A DNA stretch of 64,000 nt from Candidatus Falkowbacteria bacterium (GTDB lineage Bacteria; Patescibacteriota; Patescibacteriia; UBA11705; JACRDX01), in assembly GCA_043798985.1 (NCBI GenBank), contig JAZDOE010000018.1, forward strand, positions 8,057-72,056, written 5' to 3'. Positions 9,172-19,121 of the stretch are shown in pieces (position 1 is the first letter of the stretch; each line of letters opens with the position of its first letter). The translations under genes and the position numbers were made by a program. The notes under the pieces were generated by a model that was given only the letters and a program-made list of their open reading frames with translations, was not told the origin of the DNA and ran no database searches.

Positions 9172-10497
9172 ATGAAAATTTCAATATTTGGCGTTGGCTA
9201 TGTTGGCTTGGTGAGTGGCGCGTGTTTTGCCGAGCTTGGCAATGAAGTTTTATGTTGTGATATTAATGCTGAAAAAATTTCTGATTTGAAAAACGGGATA
9301 ATTCCGATTTTTGAGCCAGGTTTAAAGGATATTGTTGATCGAAATGTAAAATCCAACCGTTTATTTTTTACAACAAAGGCAGAAGAAGCGGTTAAATTCG
9401 GAGACATTATATTTATTGCAGTTGGCACACCGCCAAAAGAACATGGCCAAGCAGATTTAAAATATGTTTATACGGTTGCCGAAACAATTGGCGAGTATTT
9501 GGATAAAGATCAAAAAATCATTGTTGATAAATCAACCGTTCCGGTTGGCACAGCAGAAGAAGTGCGGACGATTATTGGGAAAAAATTAAGTTGTCGGGGA
9601 CAAAGTTTTAACTTTGCGGTTGTTTCAAATCCAGAATTTTTAAAAGAAGGCGACGCGATAAATGATTTTATGAAACCCGATCGCGTTGTTGTTGGTTGCG
9701 ATAAGGATTGGGCAAAAAAAATAATGGAAGATTTATATTTGCCAGTGACAAAAAACGGCCATTCGATTTTTTTTATGGATTTGAAATCAGCCGAAATGAC
9801 AAAATATGCGGCAAATGCATTGCTGGCAACAAAAATTTCTTTCATGAATCAAATGGCAAATCTTTGCGAAATGACCGGCGCTGACATTGAACAAGTCAGA
9901 AAAGGAATTTGCGCTGATCGCAGAATCGGACCACATTTTTTATATCCCGGATGCGGTTATGGCGGAAGTTGTTTTCCGAAAGATGTGCAGGCGCTTGCCA
10001 GTTTGTCGAAAAAATTTGGCTATACTCCGCAGTTGTTAGATGCTGTTGAAAATATCAATGAAACGCAAAAAGAAATTTTAGCGAAAAAAATTGTCGCGGG
10101 ATTGGGCGATTTAATTAGTAAAAAAATCGCGGTTTGGGGCTTGGCATTTAAGCCACAGACAGATGATATGCGCGAAGCGCCGGCGATAATTACGATTGAA
10201 CGATTATTGGCAAAGGGCGCGCGCATAAGTGCTTATGATCCTGTTGCGATGAAAGAGGCGAAGAAAATTTTCCGCGACAGAATTGATTATGCGTTTGACA
10301 TGTATGATTGTTTGCGCGACGCGGACGCGTTGGTGGTGATTACCGAGTGGCCAGAATTTAAATTACCTGATTTCGCGAAAATAAAAAGTTTATTGCGCGC
10401 GCCGATAATTTTTGACGGCAGGAACATTTATTCGCCAGAAAAAATGAAAGAATTGGGATTTAAATATTTTTGTATCGGCCGGCCAGTTTTATGCTGA
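9172..10497 (+). CDS. ugd: UDP-glucose 6-dehydrogenase
   Basis: MKISIFGVGYVGLVSGACFAELG Rossmann motif. Catalytic GGSCFPKD. Motifs NPEFLKEG and WGLAFKPQTDDMREAP. Confidence 0.85.
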   Translation: MKISIFGVGYVGLVSGACFAELGNEVLCCDINAEKISDLKNGIIPIFEPGLKDIVDRNVKSNRLFFTTKAEEAVKFGDIIFIAVGTPPKEHGQADLKYVYTVAETIGEYLDKDQKIIVDKSTVPVGTAEEVRTIIGKKLSCRGQSFNFAVVSNPEFLKEGDAINDFMKPDRVVVGCDKDWAKKIMEDLYLPVTKNGHSIFFMDLKSAEMTKYAANALLATKISFMNQMANLCEMTGADIEQVRKGICADRRIGPHFLYPGCGYGGSCFPKDVQALASLSKKFGYTPQLLDAVENINETQKEILAKKIVAGLGDLISKKIAVWGLAFKPQTDDMREAPAIITIERLLAKGARISAYDPVAMKEAKKIFRDRIDYAFDMYDCLRDADALVVITEWPEFKLPDFAKIKSLLRAPIIFDGRNIYSPEKMKELGFKYFCIGRPVLC

Positions 10498-11465
10498 AAT
10501 ACAGTTTTATAATACCAGTAAAAGAGATAAACAATTATGTTCGGGAAGCGGTTCCGAAAATTCTTGAAATTGGCCGCGAGGATTTTGAAATAATTTTATA
10601 TGTTGATATTGCGAATTCGGAGACTTGGTTGAAAACGCGGCAAATCGCAACTGGCCCGGGCGGGCCGGCAATGAAGCGAAGTTTAGCGGCGCGCGACGCG
10701 CAAGGTGAGATTTTGGTTTTTATCGATGATGATGCATATCCTAAAAAAGATTTTTTGGAAAAACTTGACGAAGCGTTTAAAAATGAAAATGTCGTTGCCG
10801 TTGGCGGGCCGGCGATTACGCCGGCTAATAATAATTTTTGGCAAAAAGTTTCCGGCGCGGTTTTTTTAAGTAAACTGTCCGGCGGGTTCCCCGAAAGGTA
10901 CGCGCCGGTCGGCTCAAAAAAGTTTATTGATGATTGGCCGAGCGTGAATTTGTCGGTGCGTAAGGATGCGTTTGCAAAAGTCGGCGGTTTTAAAAGTTCT
11001 TTTTGGCCCGGAGAAGACACATTGTTCTGCGAAGAATTGGTAAAAGAAACCGGTAAAAATATTTTATATGATCCTGCGGTAATTGTTTTTCATCATCGTA
11101 GAGAAGGATTTTTCAGGCATTTGAAACAGGTCGGTGCGTACGGGCTGCATCGCGGTTTTTTCGCGAAAAAGTTCGGCGGCGCGTCGTTGAAATTAAAATA
11201 TTTTTTGCCGAGTTTGTTTTTACTGTTTATCGTCCTTGGCGCAGGATTAAGTTTCGTTTCTTTTTTGCTTTTTAAACTTTACATTGCCGGATGGGCGATT
11301 TATTTATTGGCATTATTGAAAGCATTGCTGGATATTAAACAGTATGAAGCAAGTTGGCTGGTCGCGTTGCATTCGTTGTATTACATCGTGGCAACACATA
11401 TAGTTTACGGATGGCATTTTTTGCGTGGTTTATTTAAAAAAGAATTAGTTAGCAAGTTGCGGTAA
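10491..11465 (+). CDS. Glycosyltransferase family 2 with C-terminal TM helices; contains a GC-rich palindromic in-frame segment
   Basis: FIIPVKEINNYVREA, FIDDDAYP, FWPGEDTLFCEE. 10653-10669 GGCCCGGGCGGGCCGGC encodes TGPGGPAM. Confidence 0.6.
   Translation: MLKYSFIIPVKEINNYVREAVPKILEIGREDFEIILYVDIANSETWLKTRQIATGPGGPAMKRSLAARDAQGEILVFIDDDAYPKKDFLEKLDEAFKNENVVAVGGPAITPANNNFWQKVSGAVFLSKLSGGFPERYAPVGSKKFIDDWPSVNLSVRKDAFAKVGGFKSSFWPGEDTLFCEELVKETGKNILYDPAVIVFHHRREGFFRHLKQVGAYGLHRGFFAKKFGGASLKLKYFLPSLFLLFIVLGAGLSFVSFLLFKLYIAGWAIYLLALLKALLDIKQYEASWLVALHSLYYIVATHIVYGWHFLRGLFKKELVSKLR
10653..10669. repeat. GC-rich palindrome GGCCCG-GG-CGGGCC inside the GT2 gene
   Basis: Shares CCGGGCGGGC with the 11.8 kb copy. 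It encodes GPGGPA. Confidence 0.55.
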
Positions 11466-11471
11466 ATATTT

Positions 11472-12959
11472 ATGAAGATTGCCATATCATTTCCACCATT
11501 AAAATCAGAAAAAGGCATTCCTTTGCTTTCGCAAAATCGGCAGTTCCAATGGTTCAATAGCCCCACTTATATTTATCCCATGATTCCGGCGAGTGCCGCA
11601 ACTTTGTTGAAAAAAAATGGACATGAGGTTATTTGGGACGATGGAATCGCTGAAAAAATGGAGTATGACAAATGGCTAGAGCGAATTGTTGAAACGCAGC
11701 CGGACATTATCGCGATTGAAACAAAAACTCCGGTTGTAAAAAAACATTGGCAGATTATTAATGATTTGAAAGCACAATCTTTGAAAATTGAAAACCCGCC
11801 TGCCGGGCGGGCAGGTTGGAAATTGAAAATTGTGCTGATGGGCGATCATGTGACAGCATTGCCAGAAGAGTCAATGAAAAATTGCGATGTTGATTTTGTG
11901 ATTCAGGCTGGGGATTTTGATTTTATTTTGTTAAGCATTGCGAATAAACTTTCAGGACAAGGCGAGTTGGAAGGTGGAATTTGGTATAAAGAAAATAGTG
12001 AAATAAAAAATAGCGGCGCGTATGATTTGCACAAACATTCGCTGGATGAATTGCCAATGATTGATCGCGAACTGACGCACTGGAAATTGTATGCGTTTGA
12101 AAATGGAAATTTTAAATATACACCTGGTTCATATATGATGAGTGGTCGTGATTGCTGGTGGGGAAAGTGCAGCTTTTGTTCTTGGACAACTTTGTTCCCC
12201 GGACAAAATTTTCGGACGCGTTCCGCGAAAAATGCGCTTGATGAAGTTGGCGCGCTGATTGGTTTGGGGGTAAAAGAAATTATGGAAGATTCCGGAACAT
12301 TACCGATAGGTGATTGGCTAAAAGAATTTTGCGAGGGGATGATTGCGCGTGGCTATAATAAAAAAGTGACGATGAGTTGCAACATGAGAATTAACGCAAT
12401 TAAAGATGTTGAAATTTGGAAAATGATGAAAGCTACGGGATTTAGACTTGTTTTGTTCGGTTTGGAATCAGCAAACCAATTGACATTGGATAGACTTAAT
12501 AAAAATTTAAAAGTTGAAGAAATTGAAAACGGGTTAAAAATTTGTAAACAAGCGGGCTTGGAGCCGCACATTACGGCAATGATGGGTTATCCGTGGGAAA
12601 CGCTGGCAGATGCGCAAAACACGGTCGTTTTGGCGAAGAATTTATTTAAAAAGGGTTATGTTGATACTTTGCAAGCAACGATTGTAATTCCTTATCCGGG
12701 AACGCCATTGCATAGATATTGTAACGAAAATAATTTGTTGAATTTTGAAGATTATGATCGGTTTGATCAACGGGAACAGGTTATGAAAAGCGCGCTAACA
12801 ACCGAAGATGTGCGTAAGTTAACTCAAAATTTGTACCGCGCGTGGATGAGCCCAAGTTTTATCGCGCGGAAAGTTTTTTCGATGAGAAATGTTGCTGATT
12901 TTAAATATTTATTTAAAGCCACGATGAAATTATTCGGGCATTTAATGGATTTTAAATAA
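11472..12959 (+). CDS. B12-binding-domain radical SAM protein (class B-like) with a non-canonical Cx4Cx2C cluster motif
   Basis: N-terminal B12-binding-like Rossmann region. The segment SGRDCWWGKCSFCSW. Downstream rSAM barrel motifs. In-frame GC palindrome at 11795-11815. Confidence 0.55.
   Translation: MKIAISFPPLKSEKGIPLLSQNRQFQWFNSPTYIYPMIPASAATLLKKNGHEVIWDDGIAEKMEYDKWLERIVETQPDIIAIETKTPVVKKHWQIINDLKAQSLKIENPPAGRAGWKLKIVLMGDHVTALPEESMKNCDVDFVIQAGDFDFILLSIANKLSGQGELEGGIWYKENSEIKNSGAYDLHKHSLDELPMIDRELTHWKLYAFENGNFKYTPGSYMMSGRDCWWGKCSFCSWTTLFPGQNFRTRSAKNALDEVGALIGLGVKEIMEDSGTLPIGDWLKEFCEGMIARGYNKKVTMSCNMRINAIKDVEIWKMMKATGFRLVLFGLESANQLTLDRLNKNLKVEEIENGLKICKQAGLEPHITAMMGYPWETLADAQNTVVLAKNLFKKGYVDTLQATIVIPYPGTPLHRYCNENNLLNFEDYDRFDQREQVMKSALTTEDVRKLTQNLYRAWMSPSFIARKVFSMRNVADFKYLFKATMKLFGHLMDFK
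11795..11815. repeat. GC-rich palindrome CCTGCC-GGGCG-GGCAGG inside the radical SAM gene
   Basis: Shares the 10-mer CCGGGCGGGC with 10656-10665. It encodes PAGRAGW. Confidence 0.6.
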
Positions 12960-12960
12960 T

Positions 12961-14586
12961 ATGGAATTGCCATTGGTTTCAATTATAATTACGACGAAAA
13001 ACGAAGAAAAAAATATTGAAAATTGTTTGGCGTCAATAAAAAGCCAGACATATCCGGTTGATAGAATAGAAGTTATTGTTGTTGACAATTCTTCGTCAGA
13101 CAAAACGAAGGAAATCGCGCTGAAATATACCGACAAGGTATTTAATAAAGGACCAGAACGAAGTGCGCAAAGAAATTTTGGAGTTGAAAAAAGCGCGGGC
13201 GAGTATTTTTTGTATTTGGACGCAGACATGATTTTGCAACCGGGAATCATTGATGAATGCGTTTCTTTAACGCAAAAGGACGTTGGCATAGTTGGTTTGT
13301 ATGTTCCGGAAATTGTAACGGGCGCAAAATTTTGGAGCGAGGTTCGCAGATTTGAGCGGAGTTTTTATCATAGTACGGTAATTGATTGCGTTCGATTTAT
13401 AAAACGTAAAACATTTATAGAGGTTGGCGGATTTGATGAGACAATGACTGGCCCGGAAGATTGGGATTTGGATAAAAAATTGCGACTACGTGGGCAGGTA
13501 GCATTAATTAAGACACATCTTTTTCATAACGAAGCAGAGTTTGATCTTAAAAAGTACTTGTCAAAAAAAGCGTATTATATAAAAAGCCTTGATAGGTATA
13601 GCGACAAATGGGGTAAAAATGATGCTGATGTTAAAAAGCAATTAGGAGTTTGCTATCGGTTGATAACCGTATTTACAGAAGACGGAAAATGGATTAAGCT
13701 GATTATGCATCCGGTGTTAACGTCGGGAATGTATTTGTTACGAGTTTTAGTGGGAATAAAATATTGCTGGGCGCTGTTGCAAAAAATTTTGTCCAACCAT
13801 GAAGAAATTCCCAAAAAACAAAAAAACATTGACGAGGAAAGGGAATGTAGAAAAACAGAGATTGTTTCTGTCGGGAAAGCGGAATTGGCTGGTTTTGATG
13901 AGTCCGCAGACTATTTATATAAATTTTTGATGGCAAATAATATTTTAAATTCACAGGAGCATAGTGGTCAATGCTTGGAATTAGGCTGTGGTTTTGGCGC
14001 GTTCACTTTTAAGTTGGCTAAATTGGGCTATAATATTTGCGGTACTGACGTTTCCGAAGAACAAATTGAGTTTAATAATAAAAGATGCGTAGAAAATAAT
14101 TTATCACCAATGTTTAAAGTGTTGAACATAACGACCTTGGATAAGATGGCGGGAGAAAGTGTTGATTATATTTTTCTAACGCAACTATTACATCATTTGG
14201 TTAAAATAGAGGACATTTTTGCGGAACTATTTAGAATTTTAAAACGAAACGGTAAGATTATTATTATAGAAGCCAATACGAGTAATTTTTTGCGCTTCAT
14301 CACCGCGGCTCTTATTAAAATTGATATAGATATATTCAAAAGACGACTTCGATTGGCGGCGCATTCCAACGAAGGATTCCATCTTATTCGAACATATAAA
14401 AAATGTATCAAACAACACGGAAATTTTTCTTTTTATCCATATTGCACGTCCAACAATTATTCTATTCCCAAATATAGGATATTTTCTAGATTGTTGTCTT
14501 TTTTTCATTTGTCGCCGAAATATTATGCTACGGATATTTGTTTAGTTGGGGCAAAAGAAAAGCCTGCGCCTTGTGTTCAAAAATAG
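12961..14586 (+). CDS. Bifunctional GT2 glycosyltransferase / class I SAM-dependent methyltransferase fusion
   Basis: N-terminus VSIIITTKNEEKNIENCLASIKSQTY...DADMIL is GT2. C-terminus CLELGCGFGAFTFKLAKLGYNICGTDVSEEQI is methyltransferase motif I. Confidence 0.65.
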   Translation: MELPLVSIIITTKNEEKNIENCLASIKSQTYPVDRIEVIVVDNSSSDKTKEIALKYTDKVFNKGPERSAQRNFGVEKSAGEYFLYLDADMILQPGIIDECVSLTQKDVGIVGLYVPEIVTGAKFWSEVRRFERSFYHSTVIDCVRFIKRKTFIEVGGFDETMTGPEDWDLDKKLRLRGQVALIKTHLFHNEAEFDLKKYLSKKAYYIKSLDRYSDKWGKNDADVKKQLGVCYRLITVFTEDGKWIKLIMHPVLTSGMYLLRVLVGIKYCWALLQKILSNHEEIPKKQKNIDEERECRKTEIVSVGKAELAGFDESADYLYKFLMANNILNSQEHSGQCLELGCGFGAFTFKLAKLGYNICGTDVSEEQIEFNNKRCVENNLSPMFKVLNITTLDKMAGESVDYIFLTQLLHHLVKIEDIFAELFRILKRNGKIIIIEANTSNFLRFITAALIKIDIDIFKRRLRLAAHSNEGFHLIRTYKKCIKQHGNFSFYPYCTSNNYSIPKYRIFSRLLSFFHLSPKYYATDICLVGAKEKPAPCVQK

Positions 14587-14648
14587 CTTTTATGGATGTG
14601 TTTGTGGCAAATGGGAAAGGACTAAGCTGACTACGCATCCGATAGGGA

Positions 14649-17600
14649 ATGCATTTTGTGAAAACTATGGAAAATAATCAAAGTGGAGACAAAAAAGTTG
14701 TTTATATTGGGATGAGTGCGGATCTTATACATCCGGGGCATCTTAATATTATAGAAGAAGGGCGAAAGCTCGGGGAGGTTGTAATTGGTCTTTTAACCGA
14801 CGCGGCGATTGCGAGTTATAAGAGATTGCCGTATATGTCTTACGAGCAAAGGAAAATCGTAATGGAAAATATAAAGGGCGTTGATCGAGTTGTTCCTCAG
14901 GCAACCTTGGATTACGTGGCGAATTTAAAAATGATCAAACCGGATTATGTTTTGCATGGTGATGATTGGAGAACCGGTGCGCAGCAAACAACGAGAACTC
15001 GGGTGATTGAAGCATTGAAAGAGTGGGGCGGAAAGCTTGTTGAAATTCCATATACTCCGGGAATTTCTTCGACTCAATTAAATAAAGCGCTCAAAGAAAT
15101 CGGCGTGACGCCAGACGTGAGAATGAAGAGATTAAAGCGGCTATTACAAGCAAAACAATTAGTTAGAATAATGGAGGCGCATAGCGGGTTGACAGGATTG
15201 ATTGTTGAAAATATTCACATTAGCAGAAATGGCGCAAATAAGGAATTTGATGGAATGTGGTTGAGTAGCTTGACAGAATCCACTTGCAAAGGAAAACCAG
15301 ACATTGAAGCTGTTGATATTACTTCGCGATTACAAACATTGAATACCATTGCCGAAGTCACGACTAAACCCATCATTTTTGATGGAGACACCGGCGGTCA
15401 GGTTGAACATTTTATTTATACGGTCAGAACATTAGAACGATTGGGCGTATCCGCGGTTATAATAGAAGATAAGACGGGATTAAAAAGAAATTCATTGCTG
15501 GGAACGGATGTTCAACAGTTTCAGGACAGTATTGAAGACTTTTCACAAAAGATTTCAGCCGGAAAACGCGCACAGATAACTCGTGATTTTATGATTATTG
15601 CTCGCATAGAGAGTTTAATTTTAAAGAAGGGCGTGGCTGACGCGATAAAAAGAGCAGATGTTTACATAAAGGCTGGGGCTGATGGGATAATGATTCACAG
15701 CAAGGAAAAAGATCCGCAGGAAATATTTGAGTTTTGCCGCGCGTACAAAAAGCTTGAGAGGGTCGTTCCTTTGGTGGTCATTCCAACTACATACAATCAA
15801 ATTACAGAGCAAGAGTTGATTGACCATGGGGTTAATGTTGTTATTTACGCGAATCATCTTTTGCGAAGCGCTTATCCGGCAATGGTAAAAGCAGCAACTT
15901 TGATTTTGGACAATGAACGGGCAATGGAAGCTGATGCGGTGTGTATGCCGATAAAAGAAATTTTGTCGCTTATTCCGTGCAGAGAGAATAATGTAAAAAT
16001 CGTTGATGGTATCAATGTGCCAGATTTTTGTAAATTTTTAAAAAACCTTGGAATAAATTTTTATTGTGGAGTTCCAGATTCCTTATTGAAAGATTTTTGT
16101 GCATATTTATTGGATAATCTGTCCGCGACCGAACATATTATTGCGGCAAATGAGGGCGGGGCGATCGGCTTGGCAACTGGGTATTATTTAGCTACGCAGA
16201 AACTTCCAGTTGTTTATATGCAGAATTCCGGTTTAGGTAATGCGACAAATCCGCTCGTTTCTTTGGTTGATCCAAAAATTTATTCAATCCCAATGTTACT
16301 TTTTATCGGTTGGCGCGGTGAGCCGAATAAAAAAGATGAACCTCAACATTTAAAACAGGGTGAAATAACCCTTGATTTATTAAAAGATATGGGCATTGCT
16401 TATGATATTTTGCCCAATTCATTTGATTCCGCGTGCAAGATTGTTGAGGATGCATATAAGAAAGCAAAACAAGAACAGCGTGCGCGGGCAATGATTGTTA
16501 AAGAGGGAACCTTTTTGTCGTATGTTCAAAAATCCTCGATAAAAAATGAGTATGAACTAAGTAGGGAAGATGCGATTGAAATTATTGCCGCGACGATTGA
16601 AGATACTGCGGCAATTATTTCTACCACTGGCAAATGTTCGCGAGAGCTTTTTGAATATAGAGAAAAAAACGGCGGTGATCATAAAAAAGATTTTCTTACC
16701 GTTGGCTCGATGGGGCATGCTTCGCAAATCGCGCTGGGCATCGCTCAAGAAAAAAGGGATAGGCAGATTTATTGTTTGGATGGAGATGGCGCGGCGATTA
16801 TGCATCTTGGGGCGATGGCGATTATTGGAAACAACGCGGTCGGCAATTTTAAACACATTATTTTAAATAATGGCGCGCATGAATCTGTCGGCGGACAGCC
16901 AACTGTTGGTTTTTCAATAGATTTTTGCGCGATCGCCAAAAATTGTGGTTATAAACAAGCAATATCGGCAAAAACCGAGCAAGAGTTGCGGGTAGCATTG
17001 GATTTTTTGAAAAACAATAACGGTCCTACGTTGCTGGAGGTGCGTGTTAAATGTGGTGCGCGGGCTGATTTGGGACGGCCGACAATCACGCCACAGCAAA
17101 ATAAAGAGGAATTTATAAAATATTTGCAAGAGGGCATTCCTCAACAGCAAGAAGAATTTTTTGGCATTGGGAAGCTGGCTGAAATTTTAAGAAAAAACGG
17201 GGCAAAAAAGATTTTTTTTGTTCATGGAAAAGAATCATATTCAATGAGCGGCGCTCAATATCTTATAGAACCGATTTTGAAAGATTTTGAAGCCACGCAT
17301 TTTTTTGAATTTGACTTAAATCCAAAAATTGAAGATGTGAAGCGGGGGGTAGCCGAGTTTTTGCGAGAAAAGCACGATATAGTTATCGGGTTGGGTGGCG
17401 GTAGTGCGATAGATATGGCAAAAGCGATTAGGGTTTTGGCGGCACAAGATCAACGAGTCGCGGCAGAAGAATTTGTTACGGGTGTTAAAAAAATAAATAA
17501 CCGTGGGGTACCGCTTGTTGTAATTCCTACCACAGCTGGAACAGGAAGCGAGGCAACTCATTTTGCTGTTGTGTATATTGAAAAAAACAAGAATTCGTTG

Positions 17601-18275
17601 AATAGCCCGTTTGTTTTGCCAGATTATTTCATTTTAGATCCTGTTCTTATTCGTCAATTACCAGCAAAAATTATGGCATCGAGCGGAATGGACGCATTGT
17701 GTCAAGCAATCGAATCATTTTGGTGCATTAACTCAACAAAAGAATCAAAAGAATATTCAAAGAAAGCGATTGAGTTAGCGATTGATAATTTAGAGGGGGC
17801 TTATGCCGGAGATATGAATGCGCGTGGGAAAATGCTTTTTGCCGCAAATTTAGCCGGTAAGGCGATAAACATTACGCAGACAACAGCCTGCCATGCCATA
17901 TCATATCCGATTACGAGCTATTTTGGCGTTGCGCATGGACACGCCGTAGCATTAACGCTCAGCGAAATGTTGAAATATAATTTTGAGATTTCAGAGAATG
18001 ATGTTTTGGATTCGCGCGGAGCAGGGTATGTAAAGGAAATGCTCAAAGAGTTACTGATAATTTTACGTGTTAATGACGTTGAATCGGGCGTTTATTTTCT
18101 TAAGGATTTAATGCAAAAATTGAACCTACCGACGCGGTTATCGGAGCTGAACATTAAGAGCGCGGAAGACATTGAGTTGATCATCAAAAATGGTTTTAAT
18201 CCAGATAGAGTAAAAAACAACCCGCGTGCATTGACAGAAGACAATTTAAGAAAAATTTTGCAAGTTATTTATTGA
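14649..18275 (+). CDS. Four-domain phosphonate biosynthesis fusion: cytidylyltransferase (TagD/Fom1-like), PEP phosphomutase, phosphonopyruvate decarboxylase, Fe-dependent alcohol dehydrogenase
   Basis: Domain 1 is an HxGH nucleotidyltransferase ([18 protein letters not shown]). Domain 2 is PEP mutase/ICL superfamily ([21 protein letters not shown] matching the EDKxxPKxNSL mutase motif). Domain 3 is a TPP enzyme ([29 protein letters not shown]). Domain 4 is an Fe-ADH ([24 protein letters not shown]). The 1208 codons are continuous. Confidence 0.75.
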   Translation: MHFVKTMENNQSGDKKVVYIGMSADLIHPGHLNIIEEGRKLGEVVIGLLTDAAIASYKRLPYMSYEQRKIVMENIKGVDRVVPQATLDYVANLKMIKPDYVLHGDDWRTGAQQTTRTRVIEALKEWGGKLVEIPYTPGISSTQLNKALKEIGVTPDVRMKRLKRLLQAKQLVRIMEAHSGLTGLIVENIHISRNGANKEFDGMWLSSLTESTCKGKPDIEAVDITSRLQTLNTIAEVTTKPIIFDGDTGGQVEHFIYTVRTLERLGVSAVIIEDKTGLKRNSLLGTDVQQFQDSIEDFSQKISAGKRAQITRDFMIIARIESLILKKGVADAIKRADVYIKAGADGIMIHSKEKDPQEIFEFCRAYKKLERVVPLVVIPTTYNQITEQELIDHGVNVVIYANHLLRSAYPAMVKAATLILDNERAMEADAVCMPIKEILSLIPCRENNVKIVDGINVPDFCKFLKNLGINFYCGVPDSLLKDFCAYLLDNLSATEHIIAANEGGAIGLATGYYLATQKLPVVYMQNSGLGNATNPLVSLVDPKIYSIPMLLFIGWRGEPNKKDEPQHLKQGEITLDLLKDMGIAYDILPNSFDSACKIVEDAYKKAKQEQRARAMIVKEGTFLSYVQKSSIKNEYELSREDAIEIIAATIEDTAAIISTTGKCSRELFEYREKNGGDHKKDFLTVGSMGHASQIALGIAQEKRDRQIYCLDGDGAAIMHLGAMAIIGNNAVGNFKHIILNNGAHESVGGQPTVGFSIDFCAIAKNCGYKQAISAKTEQELRVALDFLKNNNGPTLLEVRVKCGARADLGRPTITPQQNKEEFIKYLQEGIPQQQEEFFGIGKLAEILRKNGAKKIFFVHGKESYSMSGAQYLIEPILKDFEATHFFEFDLNPKIEDVKRGVAEFLREKHDIVIGLGGGSAIDMAKAIRVLAAQDQRVAAEEFVTGVKKINNRGVPLVVIPTTAGTGSEATHFAVVYIEKNKNSLNSPFVLPDYFILDPVLIRQLPAKIMASSGMDALCQAIESFWCINSTKESKEYSKKAIELAIDNLEGAYAGDMNARGKMLFAANLAGKAINITQTTACHAISYPITSYFGVAHGHAVALTLSEMLKYNFEISENDVLDSRGAGYVKEMLKELLIILRVNDVESGVYFLKDLMQKLNLPTRLSELNIKSAEDIELIIKNGFNPDRVKNNPRALTEDNLRKILQVIY

Positions 18276-18288
18276 AGATTAGGGTTAT

Positions 18289-19083
18289 ATGGAAAAAGAA
18301 GTTGTGCCCAAACAAACAGCAATGGCTTCAAGAAAGGACTATGATTTTACGGCGGTGCCGATGAGATTTTTTGCTTCTTTTTTTGCAAAATGGCTTGCTA
18401 CTCTTGGCGTAACTCCGAATCAGATAACATTATTCAATTTTTTAGTGCTTACCCCGGTCATTTCGTATTTTTTTATAAGAGGTGGGTATCTGGAAAATTT
18501 GATTGCTTTTGGGTTTATTTTTGTATATATGATATTTGATTTGTGCGATGGGATGGTTGCGCGATTAAGATCTTTACAGTCTGGATTCGGACAAACTCTT
18601 GATAGCAGTTTGGATAGAATTTTTCAAGGAGTATTGTTTATTTCAGTGATTTGTGGAGTTGTTTTGACCTCCGCAAACTGGCGGTGGGCTATTCCTGGAA
18701 TGTTGTTATTGTTTGGGCAAGGAATGGCGAACTGCATGGGCTTGGAATTTGAGAAACGGTTTGGGTTTGATGGATATTCCGGATTGCCCACTTTTAACGA
18801 AAAGTTTAAGTTGGGTGGCGTGGTTACTTTAGTAGATAAGTTTTTAAAGAATATCATTGTCCCGCATAATTTTTGGTATATTTTAATTTTTACGTGTAGG
18901 TACCAGTTTTTCCTCGGTATTTTATTTGATCAATTGGGGATATTTTTGATAGTTTTTGCGATAGCTATAAATATTAGATGGATCGTTTTATATCTTTTAC
19001 TAATGCGCTATTTGTATGGCGGAAAAAGTAAGTTACGAAGCCTTACGTTTTTAAAGGAGCTAGAATATGAAAAACGGAGTTAA
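18289..19083 (+). CDS. CDP-alcohol phosphatidyltransferase-family membrane transferase
   Basis: PNQITL plus DLCDGMVARLRSLQSGFGQTLDSSLDRI, which fits D-G-x2-A-R-x8-G-x3-D-x3-D. Polytopic membrane protein. Confidence 0.65.
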   Translation: MEKEVVPKQTAMASRKDYDFTAVPMRFFASFFAKWLATLGVTPNQITLFNFLVLTPVISYFFIRGGYLENLIAFGFIFVYMIFDLCDGMVARLRSLQSGFGQTLDSSLDRIFQGVLFISVICGVVLTSANWRWAIPGMLLLFGQGMANCMGLEFEKRFGFDGYSGLPTFNEKFKLGGVVTLVDKFLKNIIVPHNFWYILIFTCRYQFFLGILFDQLGIFLIVFAIAINIRWIVLYLLLMRYLYGGKSKLRSLTFLKELEYEKRS

Positions 19084-19121
19084 GCCGAGTATAATGTTAA
19101 TGATTAAAGGTTGAGTTTCAT

